A DNA stretch of 64,000 nucleotides from an uncultured delta proteobacterium (GTDB taxonomy: Bacteria; Desulfobacterota; Syntrophorhabdia; Syntrophorhabdales; WCHB1-27): contig CAWEPK010000008.1 of the NCBI GenBank assembly GCA_963810935.1, positions 256,001-320,000 on the forward strand, given 5' to 3'. The position numbers and the translations under genes were made by a program. Every line of letters begins with the position of its first letter. The first letter of the stretch is position 1. Below the pieces are notes generated by a model. That model saw only the letters and a list, made by a program, of their open reading frames with translations. It did no database searches and was not told where the DNA came from. Positions 1 through 8,741 of the stretch are shown here, in pieces.

Positions 1-145
1 CGGGGTCGGCCAGGTCTTTTTCATATGAAAAACCTATCCGCTCCAGGTCTTCGGGACCGTAAACCGGCTTAACGTGGATACCCGACTGGAGCGTCACGTC
101 CGTTATCTGGTCCTTCCCGTCCTTTGTGTATTTTGCAACTCCCAT
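1..145 (-). CDS. B12-dependent acyl-CoA (methylmalonyl-CoA-like) mutase large subunit, N-terminus (runs off window)
   Basis: Manual translation from ATG at 145 (GGAGG RBS upstream): MGVAKYTKDGKDQITDVTLQSGIHVKPVYGPEDLERIGFSYEKDLADP, matching the SGI.VKPVY.P.D N-terminus of MCM-family large subunits; follows the B12-binding subunit gene. Confidence 0.85.
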   Translation of the reverse strand, partial: MGVAKYTKDGKDQITDVTLQSGIHVKPVYGPEDLERIGFSYEKDLADP

Positions 146-158
146 CTCGCCTCCTTAA

Positions 159-223
159 TGGGGCTTGCGTCGCCCCCTCCACGAGCAAAGCTCGTAGAGC
201 CTCCCCTTCATAAAAAGGAAGAG
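159..223 (-). repeat. Palindromic intergenic repeat, copy 1
   Basis: TGGGGCTTGCGTCGCCCCCTCCACGAGCAAAGCTCGTAGAGCCTCCCCTTCATAAAAAGGAAGAG; about 55/65 identical to 4886-4950. Confidence 0.9.
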
Positions 224-233
224 GCAACACATC

Positions 234-638
234 CTAACCCCGCTTCGCGTTGTCGCGGATAAACTCCACGATTTCGGAAAAACGGGTGCCGCCCGGAAAG
301 ACGCCGGAAACGCCGAGGCCTTTTAGCCGCCCGATGTCGAGGTTGGGTATCACGCCCCCGACAAGGACCATCTTGTCGCCTATCCCCTCTTTGTCCACCG
401 CTTTCATGAGCTTTTGCACGATGGGGATATGGGCGCCGCTCATGATCGAGAGGCCGATAACGTCCACGTCCTCCTGGATCGCTATCCTCACGATCTGATC
501 GACGGTCCTGTGCAGGCCCGTATAAACTACCTCCATGCCCGCTTCCTTGAGGGCCAGGGCAACCACCCTTGCGCCCCTGTCGTGCCCGTCCAGTCCCGGC
601 TTGGCAATCAATACCTTAATGGGTTTCTTGCTCTCCAA
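234..638 (-). CDS. Cobalamin-binding small subunit of acyl-CoA mutase
   Basis: AKPGLDGHDRGA (DxHxxG), GLSIMSG, VGGVIP; likely TTG start at 638 after GGGAGGGG. Confidence 0.95.
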   Translation of the reverse strand: MESKKPIKVLIAKPGLDGHDRGARVVALALKEAGMEVVYTGLHRTVDQIVRIAIQEDVDVIGLSIMSGAHIPIVQKLMKAVDKEGIGDKMVLVGGVIPNLDIGRLKGLGVSGVFPGGTRFSEIVEFIRDNAKRG

Positions 639-669
639 CTTCCCCTCCCGCAGCACCTGCCGCTACCGA

Positions 670-682
670 GTATACTGTATAC
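670..682. promoter_or_regulatory. Putative GntR-family operator GTATACTGTATAC (site 1)
   Basis: 13-bp palindrome identical at 8502 and 24901. Confidence 0.75.
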
Positions 683-727
683 AAATCAAAAAATCACAAG
701 AAATGTAACTTCCGATACGATTAATCA

Positions 728-1435
728 TCAATTTCCCTTTACGGACATATCTTTCAGGACTATTTCCATCCCCCGGAGAAGGTGCCTTCTGACCAGTATT
801 TCAACGTTTTGAGGGTCCCGTTCCTTCATAGCCTGGACTATCTTTTCGTGCTCCGCGAGGGAGGCGGCCGCGTTCTCCGTGCAGTTAAGCAGGCGCCTCC
901 TGTACCGCGAGATGAAGTCCCGGAAATTGCCTATGAGGGCGCAAAGCGTCTTGCTCCCCGAGGCATTGAAAATGATCTCGTCCAGGCTGTCGTTGAACTG
1001 CGTCATCCTCGTCGTGTCGCCGCGCTTCAATGCCTCCCTGTATCCGTCCAGGGCAGCCTCCATCCGCGCGATTGTCGACCCGTTCATGCGCGCCGTCGCA
1101 AGGCCCGCTGCGTAGCTTTCGATCACCGCCCGTATCCCGAAGGTTTCCTCTATCTCTTCCGCCGAGAGGTCCTTCACGACGAAGCCGCCCTTCTCCAGCC
1201 TTTCCACCAGGCCGTCCTGCTCCAATTTGCGAAAGGCCTCCCTGACGGGGATGCGGCTGATCTTCATCTGGCCTGAAAGAGTATTCTCAACAAGCCTCTG
1301 GCCCGGATAAAGGTCACCTTTTACGATCGCCTCCCGCAGCGAAGCGTAGGCCGTCTCCCCGATGGGGCGCGGCTTGCCGACCGCCTTGATGCCCTTAAGC
1401 GGCTTGACCGTTTTGACTCCTTGCTTCTGCGCCAC
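728..1435 (-). CDS. GntR-family regulator (wHTH + FCD)
   Basis: LREAIVKGDLYPGQRLVE...SRIPVREA; C-terminal EHEKIVQA. Confidence 0.95.
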   Translation of the reverse strand: MAQKQGVKTVKPLKGIKAVGKPRPIGETAYASLREAIVKGDLYPGQRLVENTLSGQMKISRIPVREAFRKLEQDGLVERLEKGGFVVKDLSAEEIEETFGIRAVIESYAAGLATARMNGSTIARMEAALDGYREALKRGDTTRMTQFNDSLDEIIFNASGSKTLCALIGNFRDFISRYRRRLLNCTENAAASLAEHEKIVQAMKERDPQNVEILVRRHLLRGMEIVLKDMSVKGN

Positions 1436-1449
1436 CGGCTACCTCCCGT

Positions 1450-1728
1450 CTATCCGCAGCGATACTGGACGCCGCATTCTCCTCTGGGATATTCCCAGGT
1501 AATGGCTTTGTGCACACAGGCGATCTTGCACGTGCCGCACTCCAGGCATCCTGCGTATTCGACGACTATCTCCTGCGTATCCTCGTTCACCGAATAGAGA
1601 TGGCCCGGGCAGATGCGGATGCAATACCTCTCCTTGCACCGGGCGCAAATCTCCTTATCCAGCTTGATATGGCTCTCTTTGTCGTTTTTGATGGCGTCGA
1701 GCGCCAGCTTCTCTTCAACCTTCATCAC
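1450..1728 (-). CDS. fixX: Ferredoxin-like protein FixX
   Basis: CARC...CIRICP, CLECGTC..C, WEYPRG; overlaps fixC. Confidence 0.9.
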   Translation of the reverse strand: MMKVEEKLALDAIKNDKESHIKLDKEICARCKERYCIRICPGHLYSVNEDTQEIVVEYAGCLECGTCKIACVHKAITWEYPRGECGVQYRCG

Positions 1729-3020
1729 ATCCGCCTCAGTGCCAGAAAGTCTTTGAACCCCTGAAACGCGCTGATATACCGTTTGTTTACCGCCTTGGCT
1801 GTCTTGTAAAGGGACCCCTTCGGCCCCTCCCCTATAGTAAAGAGCTCCTCGAACAGCTCGCAGAGGAACCGCGGGTAGACGCTTAAGAACCGTGGGTTTT
1901 CCAGTACCTCACCGGAATGGCGGAACGTCTCCATATCTTTGAGGACGAAGCTCTCCTTCAATTTCTGCTCATAGACCGAAAGCGCCCCGGCCGAGAAGTC
2001 ACCCTTCGACAGCGCCTCATCCGCAGCCTCTGCGGCGATGACGCCGGAGGCCACCGCGAAATCCATGCCCCTCACCGTAAGCCCCATATTGAGGGCCAGG
2101 CCCGCGGCGTCCCCCGCAATGAGCATCCCGCCCGTGTAAAGCTTCGTCAGGCCGCCGTACCCCGCCTCGGAGATGATATGGGCCGAATATTCCTTAAGCT
2201 CGCCGCCTTTAAGGAAGCGCGCTACTTCCGGTCTTGCCGTAAAGCCGTCGATCAGGCGGTGCATCTCGGCATCGCCCGCATTTTTCAGAAAAGAGCCTAT
2301 CCCTACGACGATGCCGGCGGAGATGCTCTCCCTGTTCGTGTAGAGAAATCCCCCGCCGAACATGCCTTTGGTAACCGACCCCGCGTAAAGGCCGGCCGCG
2401 CCCTCGCCCTCTTCGAGGCCGAAACGCTCCTCGATCCTGCCGGGCTCGAGCTTGTATACCTCTTTGATCGCTACGGCGTAATCGGCAGGCTCGAGGTCTT
2501 TCCGCAGGCCCGCCTTTTCCGCCATGAAGGAAAGCGCCCCGTCCGCGGCGATCACTATATTCGCCGGTATCTCCTCGTCGCCGATCCTGACGCCTGCTAC
2601 GCGGCCGTCCTCGAAGAGCAGCCCGTCCACCTTCCGCTTCGGGATGACGAACCCTCCCTTCTCCATGACCTTCTCGGAAAGCCAGTTGTCGAAGGTCGCG
2701 CGAAGGACCGTGTAGCTCATGTACGGCGGTTTCTTCCATTTGTCGTTTGTGTGCTCGACCTGCACGGACGCGCCCTCGTCGAGGAGCGTCACTATCTCCC
2801 TGACGACCGGCCGCTCGAAAGGCGCTTCTTTGAGGATCGCGGGGATATACTTGCGCAACGGCGCTACGTAAATCCTGCCTCCTGTAACGTTCTTGCTCCC
2901 GCACGTATCGCCCCGTTCCAGGAGTATGACCTGTCTGCCTGCTTCAAGCAGGCGGTAGGCGGCGCAAAGACCCGCAAGCCCTCCGCCGACGATCACCACA
3001 TCCATTTTATCTTCAGACAT
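1725..3020 (-). CDS. fixC: ETF:quinone oxidoreductase FixC-like flavoprotein
   Basis: VGGGLAG, GSKNVTGG, GGGFLYTN, AGDAAG, RGMDFA. Confidence 0.92.
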   Translation of the reverse strand: MSEDKMDVVIVGGGLAGLCAAYRLLEAGRQVILLERGDTCGSKNVTGGRIYVAPLRKYIPAILKEAPFERPVVREIVTLLDEGASVQVEHTNDKWKKPPYMSYTVLRATFDNWLSEKVMEKGGFVIPKRKVDGLLFEDGRVAGVRIGDEEIPANIVIAADGALSFMAEKAGLRKDLEPADYAVAIKEVYKLEPGRIEERFGLEEGEGAAGLYAGSVTKGMFGGGFLYTNRESISAGIVVGIGSFLKNAGDAEMHRLIDGFTARPEVARFLKGGELKEYSAHIISEAGYGGLTKLYTGGMLIAGDAAGLALNMGLTVRGMDFAVASGVIAAEAADEALSKGDFSAGALSVYEQKLKESFVLKDMETFRHSGEVLENPRFLSVYPRFLCELFEELFTIGEGPKGSLYKTAKAVNKRYISAFQGFKDFLALRRM

Positions 3021-3022
3021 CG

Positions 3023-4000
3023 TTATCCGCCGGTCCTCTTTTTAAGCTCCGCGGTCATCGCAGGCACTACATCGAACAAGTCTCCCACGATCCCGTAATT
3101 GGCATACTGGAAGATGATGGCGTTCGGGTCCCTGTTTACGGCAAGGACCAGCTTCGACGTATCCATGCCCATTATATGATGGATTGCGCCCGATATGCCG
3201 ATAGCAATGTACAGCTTGGGCGATACGGTCTTGCCGCTCTTGCCCACCTGGTCTTCCACGTCGCGCCAGCCCGCGTCGACGACCGACCTCGTCGCGCCGA
3301 CCGTCCCCCCGAGCACAGCCGCAAGCTCCTCGATAAGGGCAAAGTTTTCGGGGGCCTTCAGACCCCTGCCGCCTGACACTATCGTATCGGCCTCGGTGAG
3401 ATCGACCTTGCCCGCCTGCTTCTGCTCAACCCGAAGCACCTTCGTGTGCATCGCACTTGCGTCGAGCCCTGCCTGTTTCTCTATGAGGGTGCCCGCTCCA
3501 CCGGCGGCCTCAGCGACCGGGAACGTGTTCGGCCTGGTGGTCACGATAACGGGATAGGCGGCAGGTGAGACTTCCGTGAGCACCTTGCCGCCGTAAATGG
3601 GCCGCACGAAGCTCATCGGGTCTGTGTCCCATGCTGCGGCCGTTACGTCGGACACTATGCCGCAGCCGAGGAGCACTGCGACCCTCGGCAGGAAATCGCG
3701 CCCTGTCTGCGTCGCGCCCGCAACTATTATTTTAGGGTTGGCTTCCTTGGCATAACCTGCAAAGGCTGCCGCATAAGCTTCCGGCGTGTATGACTCAAGC
3801 AGGGGGTCGTCGATATGGACGAGCGTCTCCGTTAATGCGAGCAGCTTTTCTGCAAGCTTTCCGGAAAGTGGGCCCAGCACTGCGGCCTCGACCTTAAACC
3901 GGCCGGATTGCGCAAGCCGGCGGCCCTCGCTCAAAACCTCCAGGGAAGCCTTTTTTGCCTCGTCGCCCTTAGTCTCCACAAATACAAGGATAGTCTCCAT
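3023..4000 (-). CDS. etfA: Electron transfer flavoprotein alpha subunit
   Basis: IVSGGRG, GATRSVVDAGW, PKLYIAIGISGA. Confidence 0.95.
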   Translation of the reverse strand: METILVFVETKGDEAKKASLEVLSEGRRLAQSGRFKVEAAVLGPLSGKLAEKLLALTETLVHIDDPLLESYTPEAYAAAFAGYAKEANPKIIVAGATQTGRDFLPRVAVLLGCGIVSDVTAAAWDTDPMSFVRPIYGGKVLTEVSPAAYPVIVTTRPNTFPVAEAAGGAGTLIEKQAGLDASAMHTKVLRVEQKQAGKVDLTEADTIVSGGRGLKAPENFALIEELAAVLGGTVGATRSVVDAGWRDVEDQVGKSGKTVSPKLYIAIGISGAIHHIMGMDTSKLVLAVNRDPNAIIFQYANYGIVGDLFDVVPAMTAELKKRTGG

Positions 4001-4008
4001 GGCTCCCC

Positions 4009-4791
4009 CTAAATGACCCGTTCTACGTCGGCGAGGATCTTTACCGCCTCTGCCGCGGCCTCTGCCGCTTCCCCGCCTATGATCTTAACGGGCGGCCTTT
4101 TCTTCGGGGCAAGGTAGCGTTTTACCCGCACCTTCGACCCGGCGAGGCCCACCGCATCGCTCTCCAGCCCCAGGTCTTCCGGCCCTATCTTCGGTATCTG
4201 GGCCTTCATCGCCTTCATGACACCCGTGATCGGCGCTACGCGCGGCTGGTTCAGACCTTTCTGTACGGTAATGACTGCGGGCAGGGAAACCTCGATGACT
4301 TCCCTCCCGCTTTCCGTGAGCGATTCTGCAACCGCCTTCCCTTCGCCGATATCGAGCTTCACGACTGCGCCGACGTGAGGGAGCCCCAGGAACTGCGCGA
4401 CCATGGGCCCGACCTCGCCCCTGTCGTCGTCAACGGCCTGCCTGCCGCACAATACGATGTCGTACGGCTCCTTCGCCACCGCTTTCGAGAGGGCCAGCGC
4501 GGTCGAATAGCCGTCGCCGTCGAGGAAAGCCGCGTTCTCCAGGAGCAGGGCGGCGTCCGCCCCCATGGCAATGCCGGTCCTGAGCACCTCCGTCGCCTTG
4601 CCTGCGCCCAGGGTTATGACCAGCACGCGCCCGCCGAGGCGCTCTCTTATCCGCAGGGCCTCTTCGAGGGCGAACTCGTCGAATATGCTCGTAGCGAACT
4701 TCTGCTCGATCTCGAGCTTTGCACCGTCGCCCTTTATCTCTATGGCCGCTTCCGCGTCGGGCACCTGCTTTGCCAGAACGACTACATTCAT
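4009..4791 (-). CDS. etfB: Electron transfer flavoprotein beta subunit
   Basis: KQVPD, DEFALEEAL, AMGAD, CGRQAVD. Confidence 0.95.
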   Translation of the reverse strand: MNVVVLAKQVPDAEAAIEIKGDGAKLEIEQKFATSIFDEFALEEALRIRERLGGRVLVITLGAGKATEVLRTGIAMGADAALLLENAAFLDGDGYSTALALSKAVAKEPYDIVLCGRQAVDDDRGEVGPMVAQFLGLPHVGAVVKLDIGEGKAVAESLTESGREVIEVSLPAVITVQKGLNQPRVAPITGVMKAMKAQIPKIGPEDLGLESDAVGLAGSKVRVKRYLAPKKRPPVKIIGGEAAEAAAEAVKILADVERVI

Positions 4792-4813
4792 TTCCGATAC
4801 CTCCGTTAACAGA

Positions 4814-4877
4814 TCACGTCTTTCCTATTATCAGCCTGCCCAGGAAGTCCTTTATGATCTCGTGCGTACCGCCGCCG
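4814..4877 (-). repeat. Orphan duplicate of the last 64 nt of the acyl-CoA dehydrogenase gene
   Basis: 58/64 identical to 4957-5020; encodes GGTHEIIKDFLGRLIIGKT* versus ...GKS*. Confidence 0.95.
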
Positions 4878-4885
4878 GCAATTAC

Positions 4886-4950
4886 TGGGGCTCGCGTCGC
4901 CCCCTCCACCGGCAAAGCCGGCGGAGCCACCCCCTCATAAAAAGGAAGAA
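4886..4950 (-). repeat. Palindromic intergenic repeat, copy 2
   Basis: Same element as 159-223 with compensatory stem changes (CCGGC-AAA-GCCGG versus CGAGC-AAA-GCTCG). Confidence 0.9.
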
Positions 4951-4956
4951 AAAGCA

Positions 4957-6105
4957 TCACGACTTGCCTATAATCAGCCTGCCCAGGAAGTCCTTGATAA
5001 TCTCGTGCGTCCCGCCGCCGTACAGCAGGAACCGGGCGTCCCTGAAGTGGCGCTGGGGGTCGTACTCGCGGGCGAAACCGTTGGCGCCCCAGATGCGCGT
5101 TACCTCATCGACCACCTTGCAGCACGTTTCCGTGGCAAACATCTTGGCCATGGCTGCTTCCTTGCGGCTGGACAGCTTTTCCTTTATACGCCATGCCGCG
5201 CTGTAGACCAACAACCTGCTCGCCTCCATCTCGGTAGCCATATCGGCGAACTTGGCCCTGATGAGCTGATAGCTGCCGATGGGCTTCCCGAAGGCGACGC
5301 GCTTCCTTGCGTATTCGAGTCCCTCGTCGTAGGCCGCCTGGGCGATACCGATCGCCATCGCGCCCGTCATGGTCCGTACCTCGTCGAGGATCTCGCCCAG
5401 GTACTCGACCCCTTTGTTGATCTCCTCGCCCAACAGGTTCTCTTCCGGCACCCTCACGTTGTCGAAAACCAGCTCGCCCGTGATCGTGCCCCTGCACCCG
5501 AGCTTATCGATCACCTGTCCTGCTGCAAACCCCGGCGTCCCTTTCTCGACGAGGAAGAAGTTGAGTCCCTTGTTCCCCAGCTTGACGTCCGTAGTCGCGA
5601 GGACCGTAGCCATGTCTGCGATAGGGCCGTTCGTGATCCACATTTTGGTACCGTTAATCACCCATTCATTTCCCTCTTTGACAGCCGTAGTCCGCGTTGC
5701 CGCGAGGTCGGACCCCGACTGGTCCTCGGTGAAGCACATGGTGGCCACCTTCTCGCCCCGCATTGCCGGATACAGGCAGCGTTCTTTGATTGCGTCGGAG
5801 CCGAAGCGGTAAATGAAATAGGTGCCCATCAGGATATTCATGATTGCGCTCTGGGCGAAGCCGACCGATGCGCGCGCTATCTGCTCGTAAAAGATCATAG
5901 CGGTGACAGGGTCCGCGTTCATGCCCCCTATCTCTTCGGGATAGCGCAGGCCCAGGTAGCCGAGCTTCCCGAACTCACGCCACAGCTCCATGGGGAACTC
6001 GTCTTTCTCGTCGATCTCCCGCGCCTTCGGCACGATCATACGGTCGACCGTATCGGTGACCATCTTTTTGAAAAATTCCTGCTCTTCGGTCAGCCTGAAG
6101 TCCAT
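4957..6105 (-). CDS. Acyl-CoA dehydrogenase
   Basis: MDFRLTEEQ, FTEDQSGSD, NGTKMWITNG, RVAFGKPI, YGGGTHEI. Confidence 0.95.
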   Translation of the reverse strand: MDFRLTEEQEFFKKMVTDTVDRMIVPKAREIDEKDEFPMELWREFGKLGYLGLRYPEEIGGMNADPVTAMIFYEQIARASVGFAQSAIMNILMGTYFIYRFGSDAIKERCLYPAMRGEKVATMCFTEDQSGSDLAATRTTAVKEGNEWVINGTKMWITNGPIADMATVLATTDVKLGNKGLNFFLVEKGTPGFAAGQVIDKLGCRGTITGELVFDNVRVPEENLLGEEINKGVEYLGEILDEVRTMTGAMAIGIAQAAYDEGLEYARKRVAFGKPIGSYQLIRAKFADMATEMEASRLLVYSAAWRIKEKLSSRKEAAMAKMFATETCCKVVDEVTRIWGANGFAREYDPQRHFRDARFLLYGGGTHEIIKDFLGRLIIGKS

Positions 6106-6217
6106 TCGCAACCTCCTCCCGGTTAGTCCCGCCGGCCTCCATTATCTCAAATGTCCGGGCGTCCTTTCAAGGGGAACCACCCTGCCCCGCCTGCACCCGC
6201 CCATGCGGAGCTTCGGC

Positions 6218-7168
6218 CTATTTTTCTATCCTGAACACGACCTTTTCGACAATGCTCTCGACCGCGCCGTAAGGGTCCCGCTTCCTCTCGACGGCCTCCC
6301 CGGCTATCTCCATGCAGACCTTATCGTCCCGGACCGCCGCGCCTGCACGCTGCCAGACCTCTTCCTTTAGAAGGTCCATAGTGAAGGCGGCAGTCCTCTC
6401 CTCTCTGCGCTTCTTTCTCCGTCCTTCTTCCGCGAGGAAGCGCCAGTGCCTGTCGATTTCACCCGCAAGGTCTGTAATGCCCTCGCCCCGGTCTGCCCGC
6501 GTGCTCATTACCGGGGGCAGCCAGCCGTCCGAGCCTGCGGCCAGTATGGAGGCGATGGTGGCTTTCGCACTCTCCGCCCCCGCGATATCGGTCTTATTGA
6601 CTACGATAATATCGCCAACCTCCAGAAGACCCGCCTTCAACAATTGGACCTCGTCGCCGTACTCAGGCGTAAAAAGGACGATCATCGTATCGCACAGGTA
6701 AGAAAGGGCCTTCTCGCCCTGCCCGGCCCCCATGCTTTCAACCAGGACTCTCTCCTTACCCAGGGCCTCCAGGACATATACCGCACCTGCCGCTGCCCTC
6801 GCAAGTCCGCCGGGGTAACCCCTGTGCGCCATCGACCTTATAAAAACGCCCAGTTTCTCCGCGCCTTTCATCCGTAGCCGGTCGGCCAGGAGCGCGCCTG
6901 CGCCCGCAATGCTCGTGGGGTCAACCGCTACGACACCCACCCTCTTTCCCTGCCCGGCGAAAGCCACGGCCAGTCCGCCCGTTACGGTGCTCTTACCCGC
7001 ACCGGGCGGCCCTGTGATGCCTATTATATGGGCCCTGCCCGTATGGCCGAAGAGACGGGAGAGCTCAACGTAACCCTCCCTCGACCCGTTCTCGATCAGC
7101 GTGATGAGACGGGCGGCGCTTTTTTCATCGCCCGCTATTATCTTCTCTGCGAGCCCTGACACAGCCAA
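6218..7168 (-). CDS. meaB: Mutase-associated GTPase chaperone MeaB/ArgK
   Basis: GITGPPGAGKST, AVDPTS, DRLRM, FIRSMA, VNKTD. Confidence 0.93.
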   Translation of the reverse strand: MAVSGLAEKIIAGDEKSAARLITLIENGSREGYVELSRLFGHTGRAHIIGITGPPGAGKSTVTGGLAVAFAGQGKRVGVVAVDPTSIAGAGALLADRLRMKGAEKLGVFIRSMAHRGYPGGLARAAAGAVYVLEALGKERVLVESMGAGQGEKALSYLCDTMIVLFTPEYGDEVQLLKAGLLEVGDIIVVNKTDIAGAESAKATIASILAAGSDGWLPPVMSTRADRGEGITDLAGEIDRHWRFLAEEGRRKKRREERTAAFTMDLLKEEVWQRAGAAVRDDKVCMEIAGEAVERKRDPYGAVESIVEKVVFRIEK

Positions 7169-7181
7169 TGAGCGATCCGCC

Positions 7182-8372
7182 TCAGATGACCTCTTTATTT
7201 TTCATCTCTTTGATCTGTTCATCGGAATATCCCAGCACCTTCCCGTAAATCTCAGCGTTATGCTCACCGAACCTCGGCGGGAACGACATTGTCCGGCTGT
7301 TCTCTGTGAGGAACGCGGTCATGTGCGGCGGCGGCGCCATCCATATCTTCGTGCCGGTCACAGGGTCCGTGGCGGTGAGCATCGACTTCGAAACCAGCGT
7401 GTCCTCCATGACGTCTTTTATCGTGTTGACCCTCGATATGGGAATGGTCGCCTTGTTGAAAACCTCGATTATATCGTCGGTGGTACGGGTGCGCGTACAA
7501 CTGTTTATCTGCTCGTTCAGGCTTATTACGTCCGCGATCCTGCCCTTGTTCTTCTCGTATTCGGGCCGCGCCAGCTTCTCGAAGCCCGGTAATTGCGTGA
7601 AGGAAACCCACTGGCGGTCGTTCCCTACCGCTATGTAGACGTATCCGTCTTTCGTTTCGTAGACTGAAACGGGGGAAAAGAACTCGTGCGTATTGCCTCT
7701 GCGCGTCACCTTCGTGCCGAAGGACTTGGCTAGGCCCAAGGCCACCGTGAGCCAGGACGTGGTGGACATGAACATCGAAACGTCGATCCTCTCGCCCTCT
7801 CCTGTCAGCGCCCGCTTGCAAAGCGCCTTCATAATCAGGCCGTAACCGTGCTCGCTCGTCCCCATGTCCGGAAGCGGGATACCGAGGACCTGCGGGTCCC
7901 CGCCCGCATTCCCCGTAAGCTCCATCAGGCCCCCTCTCGCCTGGAGGATGGGATCGTAAGCCGCCTCGTTGCTTTCCGGCCCGAAGCCCGTGAGGCCCAT
8001 CCAGATGAGGTCCGGCTTGACCGCTTTGAGCGATTCGTAGTCTACGCCGAGCTTTTCGTAGTTGCGCGGGAGCTGGTTCGTCGCGAAGATATCGACGTTC
8101 ATCTTCACGATCATTTCCTTGAGCAGCTTCCGCCCTTCCGGCGATCCCAGGTTGAGGGTAACGGCTTTCTTTCCCGCGTTTATCGTAAGGAAATAAGCGT
8201 TCATCTTCTCTTCGCCGAGCCTGTTATCGCCGATCTGCCGGTTCGGGTCACCGAATACCGGGTGCTCCAGCCTGATAACACGCATGCCGTCCATTGCGAG
8301 CCTGTAGCTCAGATATGGCAATACGGTGGCCTGCTCCAGCGAGAGCATCGTCATATTCCTGAAAACGTCCAT
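7182..8372 (-). CDS. Class III CoA-transferase (CaiB/BaiF family)
   Basis: GDPNR, NAGKKAVTL, TGFGP, AYDPILQA..GLM, PPRFGEHN. Confidence 0.93.
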   Translation of the reverse strand: MDVFRNMTMLSLEQATVLPYLSYRLAMDGMRVIRLEHPVFGDPNRQIGDNRLGEEKMNAYFLTINAGKKAVTLNLGSPEGRKLLKEMIVKMNVDIFATNQLPRNYEKLGVDYESLKAVKPDLIWMGLTGFGPESNEAAYDPILQARGGLMELTGNAGGDPQVLGIPLPDMGTSEHGYGLIMKALCKRALTGEGERIDVSMFMSTTSWLTVALGLAKSFGTKVTRRGNTHEFFSPVSVYETKDGYVYIAVGNDRQWVSFTQLPGFEKLARPEYEKNKGRIADVISLNEQINSCTRTRTTDDIIEVFNKATIPISRVNTIKDVMEDTLVSKSMLTATDPVTGTKIWMAPPPHMTAFLTENSRTMSFPPRFGEHNAEIYGKVLGYSDEQIKEMKNKEVI

Positions 8373-8449
8373 GCCGTCCTCCTACGGGATAATCCCAAAG
8401 CCGGCCTTTCCCGCGCAGAAAAAATTTTCGCTTTACCCCAATTTTTCGG

Positions 8450-8479
8450 TTGACACAATCATGCTATTATTCGTATCAT
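8450..8479 (+). promoter_or_regulatory. sigma70-type promoter for the Mo-enzyme operon
   Basis: TTGACA (8450-8455), 18 nt, TATCAT (8474-8479). Confidence 0.55.
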
Positions 8480-8501
8480 TCTGTTCATGGTGCGAGGGTA
8501 T

Positions 8502-8514
8502 GTATACTGTATAC
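8502..8514. promoter_or_regulatory. Putative GntR-family operator GTATACTGTATAC (site 2)
   Basis: Identical palindrome between two face-to-face promoters. Confidence 0.75.
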
Positions 8515-8527
8515 CGTCCCCTTGTCC

Positions 8528-8557
8528 AGTATAGTTAAGACGGCGGTTTCTTGTCAA
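8528..8557 (-). promoter_or_regulatory. sigma70-type promoter for the CoA-transferase operon
   Basis: Minus strand TTGACA (8557-8552), 18 nt, TATACT (8533-8528). Confidence 0.6.
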
Positions 8558-8741
8558 GAGAATTTAAACGATATAAAATGGTGGCAACGGACGGGCGAGT
8601 GAGTCTTCGTTGCAATGAGCGGTGAGGCCGGGGGGCTTATTCGCGGACGGCTTACCGCCAATGACCGTCCATTGTGTTGAAAGATTTCAGAATATACGAG
8701 AGGCCGACAGTGAATATAAACGATAGAGGGGCCGACAAACA

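Noticed and set aside
4814..5020. Diversity-generating retroelement TR/VR pair
   Set aside because: No reverse transcriptase in the window; differences are almost all synonymous and not confined to template adenines
640..8741. Cobalamin riboswitch near the mutase or meaB genes
   Set aside because: No B12-box consensus recognised in the intergenic regions
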